Below, one piece after another: positions 1 to 9,719 of a DNA stretch of 64,000 nt. The stretch is from Oceanispirochaeta sp. Its GTDB lineage: Bacteria > Spirochaetota > Spirochaetia > DSM-2461. The stretch is from assembly GCA_963663385.2 (NCBI GenBank), contig CAXXXD010000002.1:1024001-1088000 (forward strand), given 5' to 3'. A model generated the notes under the pieces. The model had not been told where the DNA came from. It saw nothing but the letters and a program-made list of their open reading frames with translations, and ran no database searches. Each line of letters starts with the position of its first letter. The first letter of the stretch is position 1. The position numbers were made by a program, and so were the translations under genes.

Positions 1-1
1 A

Positions 2-724
2 GACAGAGCCATTGCCGAAAAAGCCGATATGGTTCTTCTGGCAACTCTCGATGCCAAAGCCGGTGTACAGCAGTTCAAAAAACTCTACGAAGCCGGAATC
101 CCCGCTATCGCCTATAACATGATCCCAACCGATGAAGCCATGAGATACGTTCTGGCTATTACCGCTCCCGATGACTTCGGCCAGTTCAAAATGCTTGCTG
201 AGCATATGGCTCAGCAGGTTGGTGGAAAAGGCGGCGTTGGTTACATTACCCATATCCCCGGCGGTTCCCCCTATTTTGCCAGAACAACCAATGTTGTTGA
301 ATATTTCAAGGAAAACTACCCCGGTATGAAAACCCTGGATATCCAGTCTCCCGGATTTGATGCCCCCAAAACAAAACAGGTTGTAGCCGACTGGATCACC
401 CGTTTCGGTGATGATCTGACCTGTATCGTAGTTTCCGATGACTCCGCACAGGGGCTTGGTGTAACACAGGCTCTGGAAGAAGCCGGAAGAGATGACGTAT
501 ACGTTATTGCCGCAGGGAACTCCAAAGTAGGAATGGACCTGGTAAAAGCCGGTAAAATTGACGCCATTACCTTCCAGTCTGCCGAAGCAGACGGCGCTGT
601 TCCTGTCAAGGTTGCCGCCGACTGGTTCAACGGTGTGGATATTGGAGCAAATGCAGCGTTTTACCTGCCCCAGGCAGTTATTACCCCTGAAAACGTAGAC
701 AGCTATATGCCTGCACAGTGGTGA
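2..724 (+). CDS. Sugar ABC transporter substrate-binding protein, RbsB-like (5' truncated by window edge)
   Basis: Frame is open from base 2 (DRAIAEKADMVLLA...). Periplasmic sugar-binding signature; ends YMPAQW; paralogous to 8520-9719. Confidence 0.9.
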   Translation, partial: DRAIAEKADMVLLATLDAKAGVQQFKKLYEAGIPAIAYNMIPTDEAMRYVLAITAPDDFGQFKMLAEHMAQQVGGKGGVGYITHIPGGSPYFARTTNVVEYFKENYPGMKTLDIQSPGFDAPKTKQVVADWITRFGDDLTCIVVSDDSAQGLGVTQALEEAGRDDVYVIAAGNSKVGMDLVKAGKIDAITFQSAEADGAVPVKVAADWFNGVDIGANAAFYLPQAVITPENVDSYMPAQW

Positions 725-755
725 TCCATTACATTTTCTCATATTGAATGATAGA

Positions 756-775
756 GGGAGGCGGTAACGCCTCCC
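756..775 (+). terminator. Intercistronic stem-loop after the SBP gene (stabiliser or weak terminator)
   Basis: GGGAGGCG-GTAA-CGCCTCCC perfect 8-bp stem with no U-tract. Confidence 0.6.
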
Positions 776-843
776 CTAATTGCAGAACAAAACACAAGAA
801 CAAAACTGTGGAACAAATGAAAAAAACATTTGGGAGATTTTAA

Positions 844-2367
844 GTGGAAGACTTTACCATTGCATTACAGATGCAGAAAGTAAGAAAACAATTTCCCGGT
901 ACATTGGCAATTAACAATGTGGATTTTGAAGTCAGAGCTGGTGAAGTCCATGCCCTGATGGGAGAGAACGGAGCCGGAAAATCAACGCTCATGAAAATCC
1001 TGGCCGGATCCTACGCGGACTATTCCGGTGAGATAAAAATCGGAGGAAAGAGCGTTAACCTCCATACCCCTATGCAGGCTAAGGAAGTCGGTGTGGGAAT
1101 GGTTTATCAGGAACTGAGTATTGCCTATAACAGAAGCGTTATGGAAAACATGTTTGCCGGCAATATTCCAAAGAAAGGACTCTTCGTTGATGAAGCAGCC
1201 CTTAGAAAGCAGACAACCGAGTCTCTGAAAAGAGTCGGACTGGATAAGAAAATCGATCCTTGTGTCATGATGAAAAATATCAGTCAGCATGAATCCCAGT
1301 TGATTGAGATGGCCAAGGTTTTAAATAATAATCCCTATATTATGGTTATGGACGAGCCCACATCAGCTCTCTCAAATGAAGAAGTGAAGATGCTTTTCGA
1401 GATTATAAGGGATATTAAAAAACAGGGTGTTTCCGTTGTCTATATTTCCCACCACCTGCCGGAAGTTTTCGAAGTGGCCGATAGAGTTACTGTTCTGCGG
1501 GATGGAAAGAAGATCGCCACAAAAGATATCAGGGATGTAACCAGGGAAGAACTTGTTGAGATGATGGTCGGAGAGAAGGTCGAGGATTATTACAAACAGG
1601 AATCCCACTGCTGTCAGGATAAGGCCCTTGAAGTAAGGAATCTGACCCACTACGGATTTGTTCACGATATCTCTTTTGATCTCTACGAAGGGGAAATCCT
1701 TGGTGTTATGGGACTGGCCGGCTCGGGACGTACAGAGCTGGGCCGCTGTCTGGCCGGAGCAGACAGGGTAGATTACGGTGAAGTGATCCTTGATGGCGAA
1801 AAGGTTGAGATCAGGACCATGAGTCAGATGTTGAATAAGGGACTTGCCTATCTGAGTGAAAACAGGAAAACAGAAGGCCTCGCCCTGCGTCTTTCCAACA
1901 GGGATAATATCCTTTCTTCCATAATAGGCCGTCTTTCCAGCAAGGGATTTTTTATCCCCCGCAAGGGAGATCCTATTGTGGAAGACCTTTATAGAAAACT
2001 GTCCATCTATCCCCCGGATCCCTCTATCGGAACATCCAATCTGTCCGGTGGTAATCAGCAGAAGATTCTGCTGGCCAAATGGCTCTCCACCAAGCCCAAG
2101 GTCCTGATCCTGGATGAACCGACCCGCGGTGTGGATGTGGGAGCCAAAAAACTGATTCATGAAACAATTGTCAGCCTGGCTAAAGAGGGGATGGCGGTTC
2201 TTCTGCTTTCCTCGGATCTGCCGGAACTGGTTTCCCTTTCGGACCGGATATGTGTGTTGAAACAGGGGCATATGATAGGCGATCTTACCAAAGAAGACGG
2301 TTTTGATGAAACAAAAATTCTATTGGCCGCCAATGGTGACAGGAGTGTGTTCAGTGTTGAGTACTAA
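844..2367 (+). CDS. Sugar ABC transporter ATP-binding protein (two NBDs, RbsA/MglA family)
   Basis: GENGAGKST Walker A, MDEPT, LSGGNQQK, LDEPTRGVDVGA; GTG start. Confidence 0.95.
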   Translation: MEDFTIALQMQKVRKQFPGTLAINNVDFEVRAGEVHALMGENGAGKSTLMKILAGSYADYSGEIKIGGKSVNLHTPMQAKEVGVGMVYQELSIAYNRSVMENMFAGNIPKKGLFVDEAALRKQTTESLKRVGLDKKIDPCVMMKNISQHESQLIEMAKVLNNNPYIMVMDEPTSALSNEEVKMLFEIIRDIKKQGVSVVYISHHLPEVFEVADRVTVLRDGKKIATKDIRDVTREELVEMMVGEKVEDYYKQESHCCQDKALEVRNLTHYGFVHDISFDLYEGEILGVMGLAGSGRTELGRCLAGADRVDYGEVILDGEKVEIRTMSQMLNKGLAYLSENRKTEGLALRLSNRDNILSSIIGRLSSKGFFIPRKGDPIVEDLYRKLSIYPPDPSIGTSNLSGGNQQKILLAKWLSTKPKVLILDEPTRGVDVGAKKLIHETIVSLAKEGMAVLLLSSDLPELVSLSDRICVLKQGHMIGDLTKEDGFDETKILLAANGDRSVFSVEY

Positions 2368-3442
2368 TGTAATTAAAAAAGGGGATGTCAGAAAAACCAA
2401 ACAGAATTCCTTTACTGTAATTGTAAACCGTTTCGGCGTCTTCTTTATGATCCTTGTACTGGCTCTGATCGGGATGATAGTCTCTCCCAATTTTCTGAGC
2501 AGTACGAACTTGTTGAATATTTTAAATGCTGTTTCCTATCTGGGGATTGTTGCGGCAGGTATTGCCTTTGTCATCTACTGCGGTCAGTACGGTGATCTGT
2601 CGGCTCCGATGACTATGGCTATTTCCGGTGTTATCAGTGTTGAGTTTATGCGATACGGACTTGTCCCCGGTTTTATAGCCGCCATGTGCACCGGTCTGGT
2701 GATCGGTCTGATAAACGGCTACATTATCGGAAAACTCCGGGCCAATGCCATTATCTGGACGCTGGCAATGAACTTCATCCTGGAGGGACTGGTAAGATGG
2801 TCGTATAAGGGAACCCAGATCTATCCGGATATGGCAACCGAGAAGACCTATCAGACCGGGTTCTTTCTGCCCCTGCTGCACAAGCTGGACAGGAATATCA
2901 TGGATATTGATCTTGCTTCCCGGGCTGAGGCGTTTAACGGGCTGGCGACAACCTACCCGCTGGGAGTTCCCCTTGTTCTGTATGTCATGTTTTTTGTCAT
3001 GATTATCGGTTATATCATCATGTCAAAATCCACCTTCGGTAATCAGCTGACCGTAGTCGGTTCCAGTTATGAAGTTGGAAAAATGTCCGGAATCAATGCG
3101 ACCAGAACGGTTATGTTCGCTTTTATGATGTCTTCCATGTTTGCCGCTGTAGCGGGCGTCTTTATGACCTCCCTTAACCAGGTAGGGGCCTTCTACATAG
3201 GTCAGGGCTATGACTTCAAGGCTGTAACGGCCATTATCCTGGGCGGTATGAGCCTGGCCGGCGGCCGGGGGAGTATGATCGGTGTATTCGGAGGTGTTTT
3301 TACTCTGGGACTGATCAGCAATATACTGACTCTGATTGGAATCGGTACGTTCACCCAGAATATGATAACCGGAATCATTTTTGTAATCGTGGTAGCGGTT
3401 AATGCCAGATCACTGAGAAAATTAGGACGGGATTATGCTTGA
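2354..3442 (+). CDS. Sugar ABC transporter permease (RbsC family)
   Basis: Multiple TM segments, DLS motif, ILGGMSLAGGRGS. Start moved to GTG 2354 (AGGAG at 2341-2345). Confidence 0.9.
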   Translation: MLSTNVIKKGDVRKTKQNSFTVIVNRFGVFFMILVLALIGMIVSPNFLSSTNLLNILNAVSYLGIVAAGIAFVIYCGQYGDLSAPMTMAISGVISVEFMRYGLVPGFIAAMCTGLVIGLINGYIIGKLRANAIIWTLAMNFILEGLVRWSYKGTQIYPDMATEKTYQTGFFLPLLHKLDRNIMDIDLASRAEAFNGLATTYPLGVPLVLYVMFFVMIIGYIIMSKSTFGNQLTVVGSSYEVGKMSGINATRTVMFAFMMSSMFAAVAGVFMTSLNQVGAFYIGQGYDFKAVTAIILGGMSLAGGRGSMIGVFGGVFTLGLISNILTLIGIGTFTQNMITGIIFVIVVAVNARSLRKLGRDYA

Positions 3443-4541
3443 TTTGAAAAATAGGAATAAAGATGAATTAGTTGACAGGATGAACCATAACAGAATCTAT
3501 ATATTTATGGTTCTGGTGTTCATACTGATGTCGATCGGCGCTCCGGGGTTTATGAGATCCAGTAATTTTGCTCCCATGATGAAAACCGGTCTGCTCCCCA
3601 TGATGGTGGGAATCGGATTTACCTTTGTTATGATCGGAGGGAACTTCGATCTCTCTATCGGTTCGGTCATAAATGTGGGCGCCGTAATGGTTATGGGAGA
3701 ATTTAACCGTTTCTACTATTTATTCGGCGGAGAGGCAGGCGGATCAGCCGCTGTTTTCTGGGCCTGGGCTATAGCTATTGTCATTGCTCTGGCTGCGGGA
3801 TCCCTTGTCGGACTGATCAATGGTCTGGTAGTCGCCCGGGGAAAAGTACACTCTTTTATTGTAACAATCGGTACTCTTACAGCCATGCAGGGATTTGTGT
3901 ATACCTATTCCAAGGGGAATACCATCAGCGCCGACAGTTATGCTCTGGTGGATGTAATTGAAAAGCCCTTCTTACGGGTTCCGTACCTTGAGATGTTTAC
4001 CTGGCGCTTTGTGATCACTGTTCTGGTGCTGGTCTTCTTTGAGATTCTTCTGATAAAAACCCGATGGGGCAAGGATCTTTTTATGGTAGGCAGTAATGCA
4101 GAGGCAGCCTGGCAGGCCGGTATCAATACCGAAAAAAAGATTACCTGGACTTTTGTCATATCCGGTTTCTGTGCGGCTTTCGGAGGCATCCTTTTCGCTG
4201 CTTCCATGAATGCGGCGGTACCAAACTACGGGGAGCGGGGAATCAGTCCTCTTATGCTTGTTCTGGCTTCCACCATTATCGGCGGTACGGTTATGACCGG
4301 CGGATACGGCTCTGTTGTTAAAACCGCAGTGGCTGTTATTACGATCGAATCAATTTTTAACGGTCTGATCGGTATGGGACTGGGATTTGACTCCCAGGTA
4401 CTTGCGGCGGGAATCCTTCTGGGCGCTGTTGTACTGGGTGAAGCCTATGCCCTCTACAAACAGGCTCTCAAGAGAGGAGAACGGCCGGCCATGCTGAACG
4501 AAGCTGAAAAGCTGAAGCATATGCATACTCAGAAAGGCTGA
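3435..4541 (+). CDS. Sugar ABC transporter permease (RbsC family)
   Basis: GNFDLSIGS, IIGGTVMTGGYGS, multiple TM segments. Confidence 0.9.
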   Translation: MLDLKNRNKDELVDRMNHNRIYIFMVLVFILMSIGAPGFMRSSNFAPMMKTGLLPMMVGIGFTFVMIGGNFDLSIGSVINVGAVMVMGEFNRFYYLFGGEAGGSAAVFWAWAIAIVIALAAGSLVGLINGLVVARGKVHSFIVTIGTLTAMQGFVYTYSKGNTISADSYALVDVIEKPFLRVPYLEMFTWRFVITVLVLVFFEILLIKTRWGKDLFMVGSNAEAAWQAGINTEKKITWTFVISGFCAAFGGILFAASMNAAVPNYGERGISPLMLVLASTIIGGTVMTGGYGSVVKTAVAVITIESIFNGLIGMGLGFDSQVLAAGILLGAVVLGEAYALYKQALKRGERPAMLNEAEKLKHMHTQKG

Positions 4542-4597
4542 CCCCCTCGGCTTCGCTAGGGTGTCCCTGATAATTCCCCTCCTTCGGAGAGGGGTTC
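4541..4597. repeat. Composite of a REP-like unit and a partial BoxC-like palindrome
   Basis: CCTCGGCTTCGCTAGGG (4545-4561) followed by CCCCTCCTTCGGAGAGGGG. Confidence 0.55.
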
Positions 4598-4619
4598 TAT
4601 ATTTAAAGGAGCAAAAGTA

Positions 4620-4943
4620 ATGAAGCGATTTGGACAGGTTATTAAAGTGGATCCCGCCGGGATTGAGAAATATAAATATCATCACGCCAATCCCTGGCCT
4701 GAAATCAATGATATGATAAAGCAGTGCAACATCAGCAACTACTCCATCTATCTGAAGGACGATTACCTTTTTGCCTATATGGAGTATACGGGCTGTGATT
4801 TTGAAGCGGATATGGCCAAAATGGCGGCAGATCCCAAAACACAGGAGTGGTGGGATCTGATGAAGCCCCTGCAGCGGCCTATTGATACCCGGAAGGAAGG
4901 CGAGTGGTGGGCCGATATGGAAGAGGTATACCACCTGGACTGA
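4620..4943 (+). CDS. rhaM: L-rhamnose mutarotase family protein
   Basis: YKYHHANPWPEI, NYSIY, LFAY, WWDLM and MEEVYHLD match the RhaM/YiiL pattern. Confidence 0.85.
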   Translation: MKRFGQVIKVDPAGIEKYKYHHANPWPEINDMIKQCNISNYSIYLKDDYLFAYMEYTGCDFEADMAKMAADPKTQEWWDLMKPLQRPIDTRKEGEWWADMEEVYHLD

Positions 4944-4951
4944 TTTAAAAA

Positions 4952-5025
4952 ATCCCTCATTCTCCCCGCAGTAGAGTGACTGCTGTAGGATGACTCCCCT
5001 CCCTGTGAAGGGGTCGGGGGAGGTC
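4952..5025. repeat. BoxC-like palindromic repeat, type 1
   Basis: TTCTCCCCGCAG...CCCCTCCCTGTGAAGGGGTCGGGGGAGGTC between convergent genes. Confidence 0.7.
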
Positions 5026-5043
5026 CGATAGTTCGAGGGGGGG

Positions 5044-5901
5044 CTATATGCTGCTTCTATTATAGGTTCTGTACTGACTGGGCGACAGCCCGGTCTTTTT
5101 TTTGAAAAAGCGGGAAAAGTAGTACTGGTCCTTAAACTGCAGCAGAAAGGCTATTTTTTTTACGGTATAATCCGTTAGAAGCAGGTACTCCTGGGCAGAG
5201 GATACCAGGCTCTTATCCATATAGCTTTTAATGGAGTATCCCGTATCCTCTTTAAGGCTTTTATACAGAGTGGACTGGGAGGAGTTCATAAAATCCACCA
5301 CATCCGAAACCAGAAGCCTGGCTGAGCTGTTCTCATTGATAAAGCGGAAAAGAGTTTCGTATTTAACAACCCTCTCTATATGAGATTTGAGGTCTACCTC
5401 GTACTTTTCGATAAATCGTCCCATTATCTGAAACAGTATACTCTTGAATGTTACTATACTTTCCAGAGATCCCGATTCGGCGCTGCGGATTATGCGTCTG
5501 ATATGCTCCACCTGTTCCTCCAGGACCAGACAGTCCCGGCACTGGTCAAAAACATCAACACCTTTCATTAAAGAGACATTCAAATGAATAAAAAACTGAT
5601 CCATATGGCGGTCACAGTAGTAGGACCAGGTGGAGTGGGCCGGAATAAGGTAGATATTTCCGGGTACCAGGTCTACCGTTATTTCTTCAGCGGTTCCTGA
5701 CCGGACGATTTTTCCCGCTCCGTCAAGTATAAAATAGAGGCGGTGGAAGGGGGATGTAATTTTCTCATGTATCCAGTCATCCGCCAGGGCAACATGACCG
5801 TGAATATAATTTTCTACGGCCATGTTATTAATCAGAAAATCAAAGTATTCAATCTGGGAGATAATCTGATTATCAAAACGGGTAACCTTCATACCTCCCA
5901 T
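5044..5901 (-). CDS. AraC family transcriptional regulator (cupin sensor + double HTH)
   Basis: C-terminal IAFLLQFKDQYYFSRFFKKKTGLSPSQYR; N-terminal cupin-like LYFILDGAG. Confidence 0.92.
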   Translation of the reverse strand: MGGMKVTRFDNQIISQIEYFDFLINNMAVENYIHGHVALADDWIHEKITSPFHRLYFILDGAGKIVRSGTAEEITVDLVPGNIYLIPAHSTWSYYCDRHMDQFFIHLNVSLMKGVDVFDQCRDCLVLEEQVEHIRRIIRSAESGSLESIVTFKSILFQIMGRFIEKYEVDLKSHIERVVKYETLFRFINENSSARLLVSDVVDFMNSSQSTLYKSLKEDTGYSIKSYMDKSLVSSAQEYLLLTDYTVKKIAFLLQFKDQYYFSRFFKKKTGLSPSQYRTYNRSSI

Positions 5902-5908
5902 GGTAATA

Positions 5909-6943
5909 CTACTGAATGCTTTTGAACAGAGCTTCTACATTCTCGGGGGGAATATCGGGAAGGATGGCTTCATGGCTGGGTGAGAGAACCAGGCCTGTAG
6001 GAAATATGCTTTTCAGTTCTGCAACCTTTTCCTCTATCTCTTTTTTTGTGCCCTTAACCAGAAGGTACTGGGCATCCACACCGCCGCAGAACGCAACCCT
6101 GTCGCCGAAGTCATCCTTAAGCCCCTGAGGTTCCATCCCCGCTGCCAGGGCCTGTATGGGATGAATCACATCCACTCCCGTATCAATCAGATCGCTGATT
6201 ATCGGCCGGATGGCACCGCAGGAGTGGTGGATCACTTTCAACCCGTAGCTGTGAGCCTGCTCCACAAACCGTTTTGTCCCCGGCAGTACCAGGTCCCGGA
6301 TCAGATCGGGAGAGAGAAGCAGGCTGTCCTGGCTACCCAGATCATTACCGATCAGTACGGCGTGAACCCTTCCTCTGGCAGCCTTGTAGAAGATCTCATT
6401 GGCTTCCAGATAGAACTGAATGATCCGTTCATTAACCGCTTTATACATTTCCGGTTCCAGCATCATTTTAATCATGGCTGTTTCCATACCGAAGGCGGCG
6501 CTGGCATCCTGAAAATGGGCTGACCACAGTACTCCCATAATAACCTTGTCTTTGGGGGCTGCTTCAATCTCTCTTTCCAGTTCATCAAGATCTATGTACT
6601 TTTTGGGATCGGGCCAGTCAAAATCTTCAACCTTCGCCGGATCGGAATAATCCTGGAAAAAGCCGGGTGCCGTCAGGGTTCTCTCAAAATCATCATGTTC
6701 TTCGCCCGTATTTCTGGCAAAACTGAGAGCCGTATAGATGGCATCCGATACGGGGGAGTGGTAGGGGAGTTCAATAGGATAGATATCATCGTTGATGGCA
6801 GTGGTCATCTCTTTGATATCATTTATTTTAAAATACTCTTTCAGGGGCTGCTGAGCTTCCGGAACAGGAAGACCCAGCCAGCTGGCAGGGTAATCTACAG
6901 GTTTTTTATCTATCGTGGCAAAAAAACGTTCAATATGTGTCAT
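5909..6943 (-). CDS. Uroporphyrinogen decarboxylase (UroD)/MtaA-CmuA superfamily protein
   Basis: GNDLGSQ, HHSCG, HPIQ, FCGGVD, SPSHE. Confidence 0.85.
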   Translation of the reverse strand: MTHIERFFATIDKKPVDYPASWLGLPVPEAQQPLKEYFKINDIKEMTTAINDDIYPIELPYHSPVSDAIYTALSFARNTGEEHDDFERTLTAPGFFQDYSDPAKVEDFDWPDPKKYIDLDELEREIEAAPKDKVIMGVLWSAHFQDASAAFGMETAMIKMMLEPEMYKAVNERIIQFYLEANEIFYKAARGRVHAVLIGNDLGSQDSLLLSPDLIRDLVLPGTKRFVEQAHSYGLKVIHHSCGAIRPIISDLIDTGVDVIHPIQALAAGMEPQGLKDDFGDRVAFCGGVDAQYLLVKGTKKEIEEKVAELKSIFPTGLVLSPSHEAILPDIPPENVEALFKSIQ

Positions 6944-6972
6944 CTGTCCATCTCCTTTTCTTGTCTGGTATT

Positions 6973-7027
6973 ATTCTAGCAGACATCTGGGATATTCAAA
7001 TGGACAGATATTTCTAAATGATGGACA
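6973..7027 (-). promoter_or_regulatory. Extended -10 promoter with two upstream direct repeats (AraC-type sites)
   Basis: Minus strand TGC-TAGAAT (6973-6981); ATGGACA at 7000 and 7021 (21-bp spacing). Confidence 0.55.
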
Positions 7028-7095
7028 TTTTCGTATTTGAAATGTGCAGGGCCTCATACTGTCACATACAGCTATTCAATTATCATATCCTTTCT

Positions 7096-7156
7096 CCGAC
7101 CCTCACCTCCCGGTCCCCTCTCCTCATGGGAGAGGGGATTAAGGGGTGAGGGTCGG
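7096..7156. repeat. BoxC-like palindromic repeat, type 2
   Basis: CCGACCCTCACCTCCCGGTCCCCTCTCCTCATGGGAGAGGGGATTAAGGGGTGAGGGTCGG forms a long hairpin. Confidence 0.8.
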
Positions 7157-7164
7157 TTAAATAA

Positions 7165-8325
7165 TCAGCTGATATCCCACTCCCCCAGATCCAGGGGATA
7201 GACACCGTGCTTTTTAACAAGATTATAGACAAACTCATAGCGTTCGGCGCTTACATTGCTGGGGACAGAGTGGTCCGACTGTACGATGTATCCTCCGCCC
7301 CTGGCGGCATTCAGTTTGGTCATCACCTCTGCTTTCAGTTCATCCAGGGGGGCATCAGCCCATTTCATAACATTTATATTTCCGCAGAAACCCATATCAT
7401 GCCCGAAGATTTTCCTTTTATCGTTCACATCCATACCGGATTTGGCCTCCAGCGGGTTGTAGCAGTCCAGACCGATTTCTATCAGATCAGGCCAGATGGC
7501 TGTGGAGTTCCCGCAGCCGTGGTAGATAACCGGAAGATTTTTACTGTGGGCAAAGTCTATCATGTTTTTTACCGCCGGTTTGAAATACCGGCGCCAGTAA
7601 TCCGGTGAAAAGAGCATCCCGTTAACATAGGCCACATCGCCCCAGATAACAAAACCGTCCAGATTGCCATCAGCCGCTTCGTACTGAGCTTTCATTATTT
7701 CGAGGTTAAAAGCGGAAACACGGTTCAGGAAGGTTCCCAGTTCGTCAGGGTAGAGGGCTGACCAGAGCAGAAGGTTTTCAGTCCCGATTATCCGCCATCC
7801 CTCTTCCATTGTTTCGCAGACTCCTCCGTAAACGGGAAAATCGGGGTACAGGGATTTAACCCTTTCGGAAAAGGCCGGGATATTCCTGGAGATAACTTCC
7901 GAAACACCGTTTATCTGGTCGTCGCCGCTTTTGAAATACCGTCTTTCATCCCAGGGATCATCAAATTCAAAAGCCAGCATTTTCTCTACCGTGTCAGTTT
8001 CGAATTTTTCAAAATAGGGCATCTGGGCTCCCTTTTTATGGCGGACCACCGCTTCAAATCCCGTCCGGACAATCTGTTCGTCATCCGTATCCTTTACCAT
8101 TTCAAAGGGTTTGATATGAGGATCCATATTGGGATTGGTACAGATCCAGTCCAGGTTATAGTAATAGTACGGATCCGCATCTGAGGCCAGTCCAAGCTCT
8201 TCCCTCCAGCGTTCAATAAAGGTCAGCCAGAAAAAATCGCTGATCGGGACCCTGTCCGCTTCTTCATGGCGCAGGGTTTTATTCATTCTGTCCAGTTTTA
8301 AAAGGCAATTGTCTGTTCTATTCAT
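7165..8325 (-). CDS. UroD/MtaA-CmuA superfamily protein
   Basis: HEEADRVP, WGDVAY, FSP, YHGCG, NPLEAK, FCGNI, GGGYIVQSDHSVP. Confidence 0.85.
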   Translation of the reverse strand: MNRTDNCLLKLDRMNKTLRHEEADRVPISDFFWLTFIERWREELGLASDADPYYYYNLDWICTNPNMDPHIKPFEMVKDTDDEQIVRTGFEAVVRHKKGAQMPYFEKFETDTVEKMLAFEFDDPWDERRYFKSGDDQINGVSEVISRNIPAFSERVKSLYPDFPVYGGVCETMEEGWRIIGTENLLLWSALYPDELGTFLNRVSAFNLEIMKAQYEAADGNLDGFVIWGDVAYVNGMLFSPDYWRRYFKPAVKNMIDFAHSKNLPVIYHGCGNSTAIWPDLIEIGLDCYNPLEAKSGMDVNDKRKIFGHDMGFCGNINVMKWADAPLDELKAEVMTKLNAARGGGYIVQSDHSVPSNVSAERYEFVYNLVKKHGVYPLDLGEWDIS

Positions 8326-8435
8326 AATAACTCCCCGGTTCAGATATACGCAGGATCTGCATACATACAGACCCCGCTTTCAGGTGATACCCTTCTAATT
8401 TGTTTTCGGGTAAAGGAATATTGAACCATAAAGGA

Positions 8436-8444
8436 ATTATAACA
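8436..8444 (-). promoter_or_regulatory. Extended -10 promoter for the 8325 gene
   Basis: Minus strand TGT-TATAAT is a perfect TGnTATAAT. Confidence 0.55.
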
Positions 8445-8519
8445 CCCCGGATCTCCAATCGCCACGGGAAAAACTTTAGATAGGGAGGCAAAAATTAAAG
8501 GACCGGATTCCTTTATGGG

Positions 8520-9719
8520 TTACCATTGGGCGGGGTAGAACTCATTAACATCGGCAGAGGTAATAATATGCCTGGGCAGATAGGATACAGGCTCCAGGCT
8601 GACTCCGTTCAGGAACTGGGCCGCCGAATAGGCTGCCAGGGCCCCATCTCCCTCGGCAGACTGATAGGTAAGGGCTGTTACTTCACCGGCTTTTACGGCG
8701 TCCATTCCGATTTTTGAATTCCCTGCGGCCACAATGGCAATATCGTGTCGTCCGGCGGCATTTACCGCTTCCAGGGCGCCGGTCATGGAAAATCCGTCTC
8801 CCGCCAGGATCAAACCCTGCAGTTCATTGCCGTATTTTGTTATCCATGAGGCCACCAGCTGCATGGTCCCTTCCGCCTCGAGGTTAGCCGTATCCATATC
8901 CAGCAGCTGCATTTCAGGCGCGTATTCCGCCAGTTCCGTAATAGGGGCGTAGGTCCGGGCAAAGAAGGGAGAGGAACCCGGCATATGCCTGATAATGGCA
9001 TACCCCCCGGTCTTATGCATTGTATCAGCCAGTGTACGGGCCAATAGACGGAACTGTCCCCAGTCATCCGGTCCGGTCCAGGCAAGACAGTATCGCATGG
9101 CGTCATCCGTCGGAATGGTATTGGAAGCAATCAGGGGAATCCCCGCTTTGGTTATTTTCCGCATTAAAGGGGTGCATGCTGTTGCATCAACGGGGGCCAT
9201 GACAATGATATCCGGTCGGTCATTAATGGCCTGGTCTGTCTGCTGAGCCTGAAGGTCTATATTCCAGTTGGAGTTGAATACTTTTACATTCATCTCATAA
9301 GCGGCTGCCACTTTCTCAAATCCTCTCAGATACGCTGTCCAGTAGGGATGATCTCCAGCTTTGAGTAGTACCAGGCTTTTCCCTATGGCACCTGTGCCGG
9401 GGGAGGCCGGCATGGGGATCTTCGGGGCTGTCCATCCGGCGTATTCAATGTCCCACCAGTGTCCCGAATCGGTCAGGGGCAGGGACTTCGGATCTGCCGG
9501 CCGGGCAGGGATAACCTTATTGACTCCGGGGAGGATCAGGGGATGACCATCGGTTCCTTTCAGGTCCAGAACATTTACCGAGCGGGACCGGTTCAGATTC
9601 TCCAGATTATCAGACAGGGAATTTTCTGTTCTGCCGGTGCAGCTGAAGAAAAGAAGCAGGGACAGGATAACAGGGACAGTTGATAAAATCTGCCGGATCT
9701 GGGTTGAGAACTTATTCAT
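8520..9719 (-). CDS. Sugar ABC substrate-binding lipoprotein with N-terminal extension
   Basis: Lipobox-like LFFSC; RbsB-like body; ends FYPAQW. Confidence 0.9.
   Translation of the reverse strand: MNKFSTQIRQILSTVPVILSLLLFFSCTGRTENSLSDNLENLNRSRSVNVLDLKGTDGHPLILPGVNKVIPARPADPKSLPLTDSGHWWDIEYAGWTAPKIPMPASPGTGAIGKSLVLLKAGDHPYWTAYLRGFEKVAAAYEMNVKVFNSNWNIDLQAQQTDQAINDRPDIIVMAPVDATACTPLMRKITKAGIPLIASNTIPTDDAMRYCLAWTGPDDWGQFRLLARTLADTMHKTGGYAIIRHMPGSSPFFARTYAPITELAEYAPEMQLLDMDTANLEAEGTMQLVASWITKYGNELQGLILAGDGFSMTGALEAVNAAGRHDIAIVAAGNSKIGMDAVKAGEVTALTYQSAEGDGALAAYSAAQFLNGVSLEPVSYLPRHIITSADVNEFYPAQW

Noticed and set aside
1372..2271. Long antisense ORFs (also 9637-10752, 43965-44867, 62749-63540 and others)
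   Set aside because: They shadow well-supported genes on the opposite strand and show no recognisable motifs.
8370..8415. GCTTTCAGGTGATA and GTTTTCGGGT resembling the MITE terminal repeat
   Set aside because: Short, same orientation, no inverted partner or target duplication; at most a decayed remnant.
8426..8518. 12-bp inverted repeat CCATAAAGGAAT separated by 69 bp
   Set aside because: No target duplication or second copy visible; cannot separate from chance or a regulator site.
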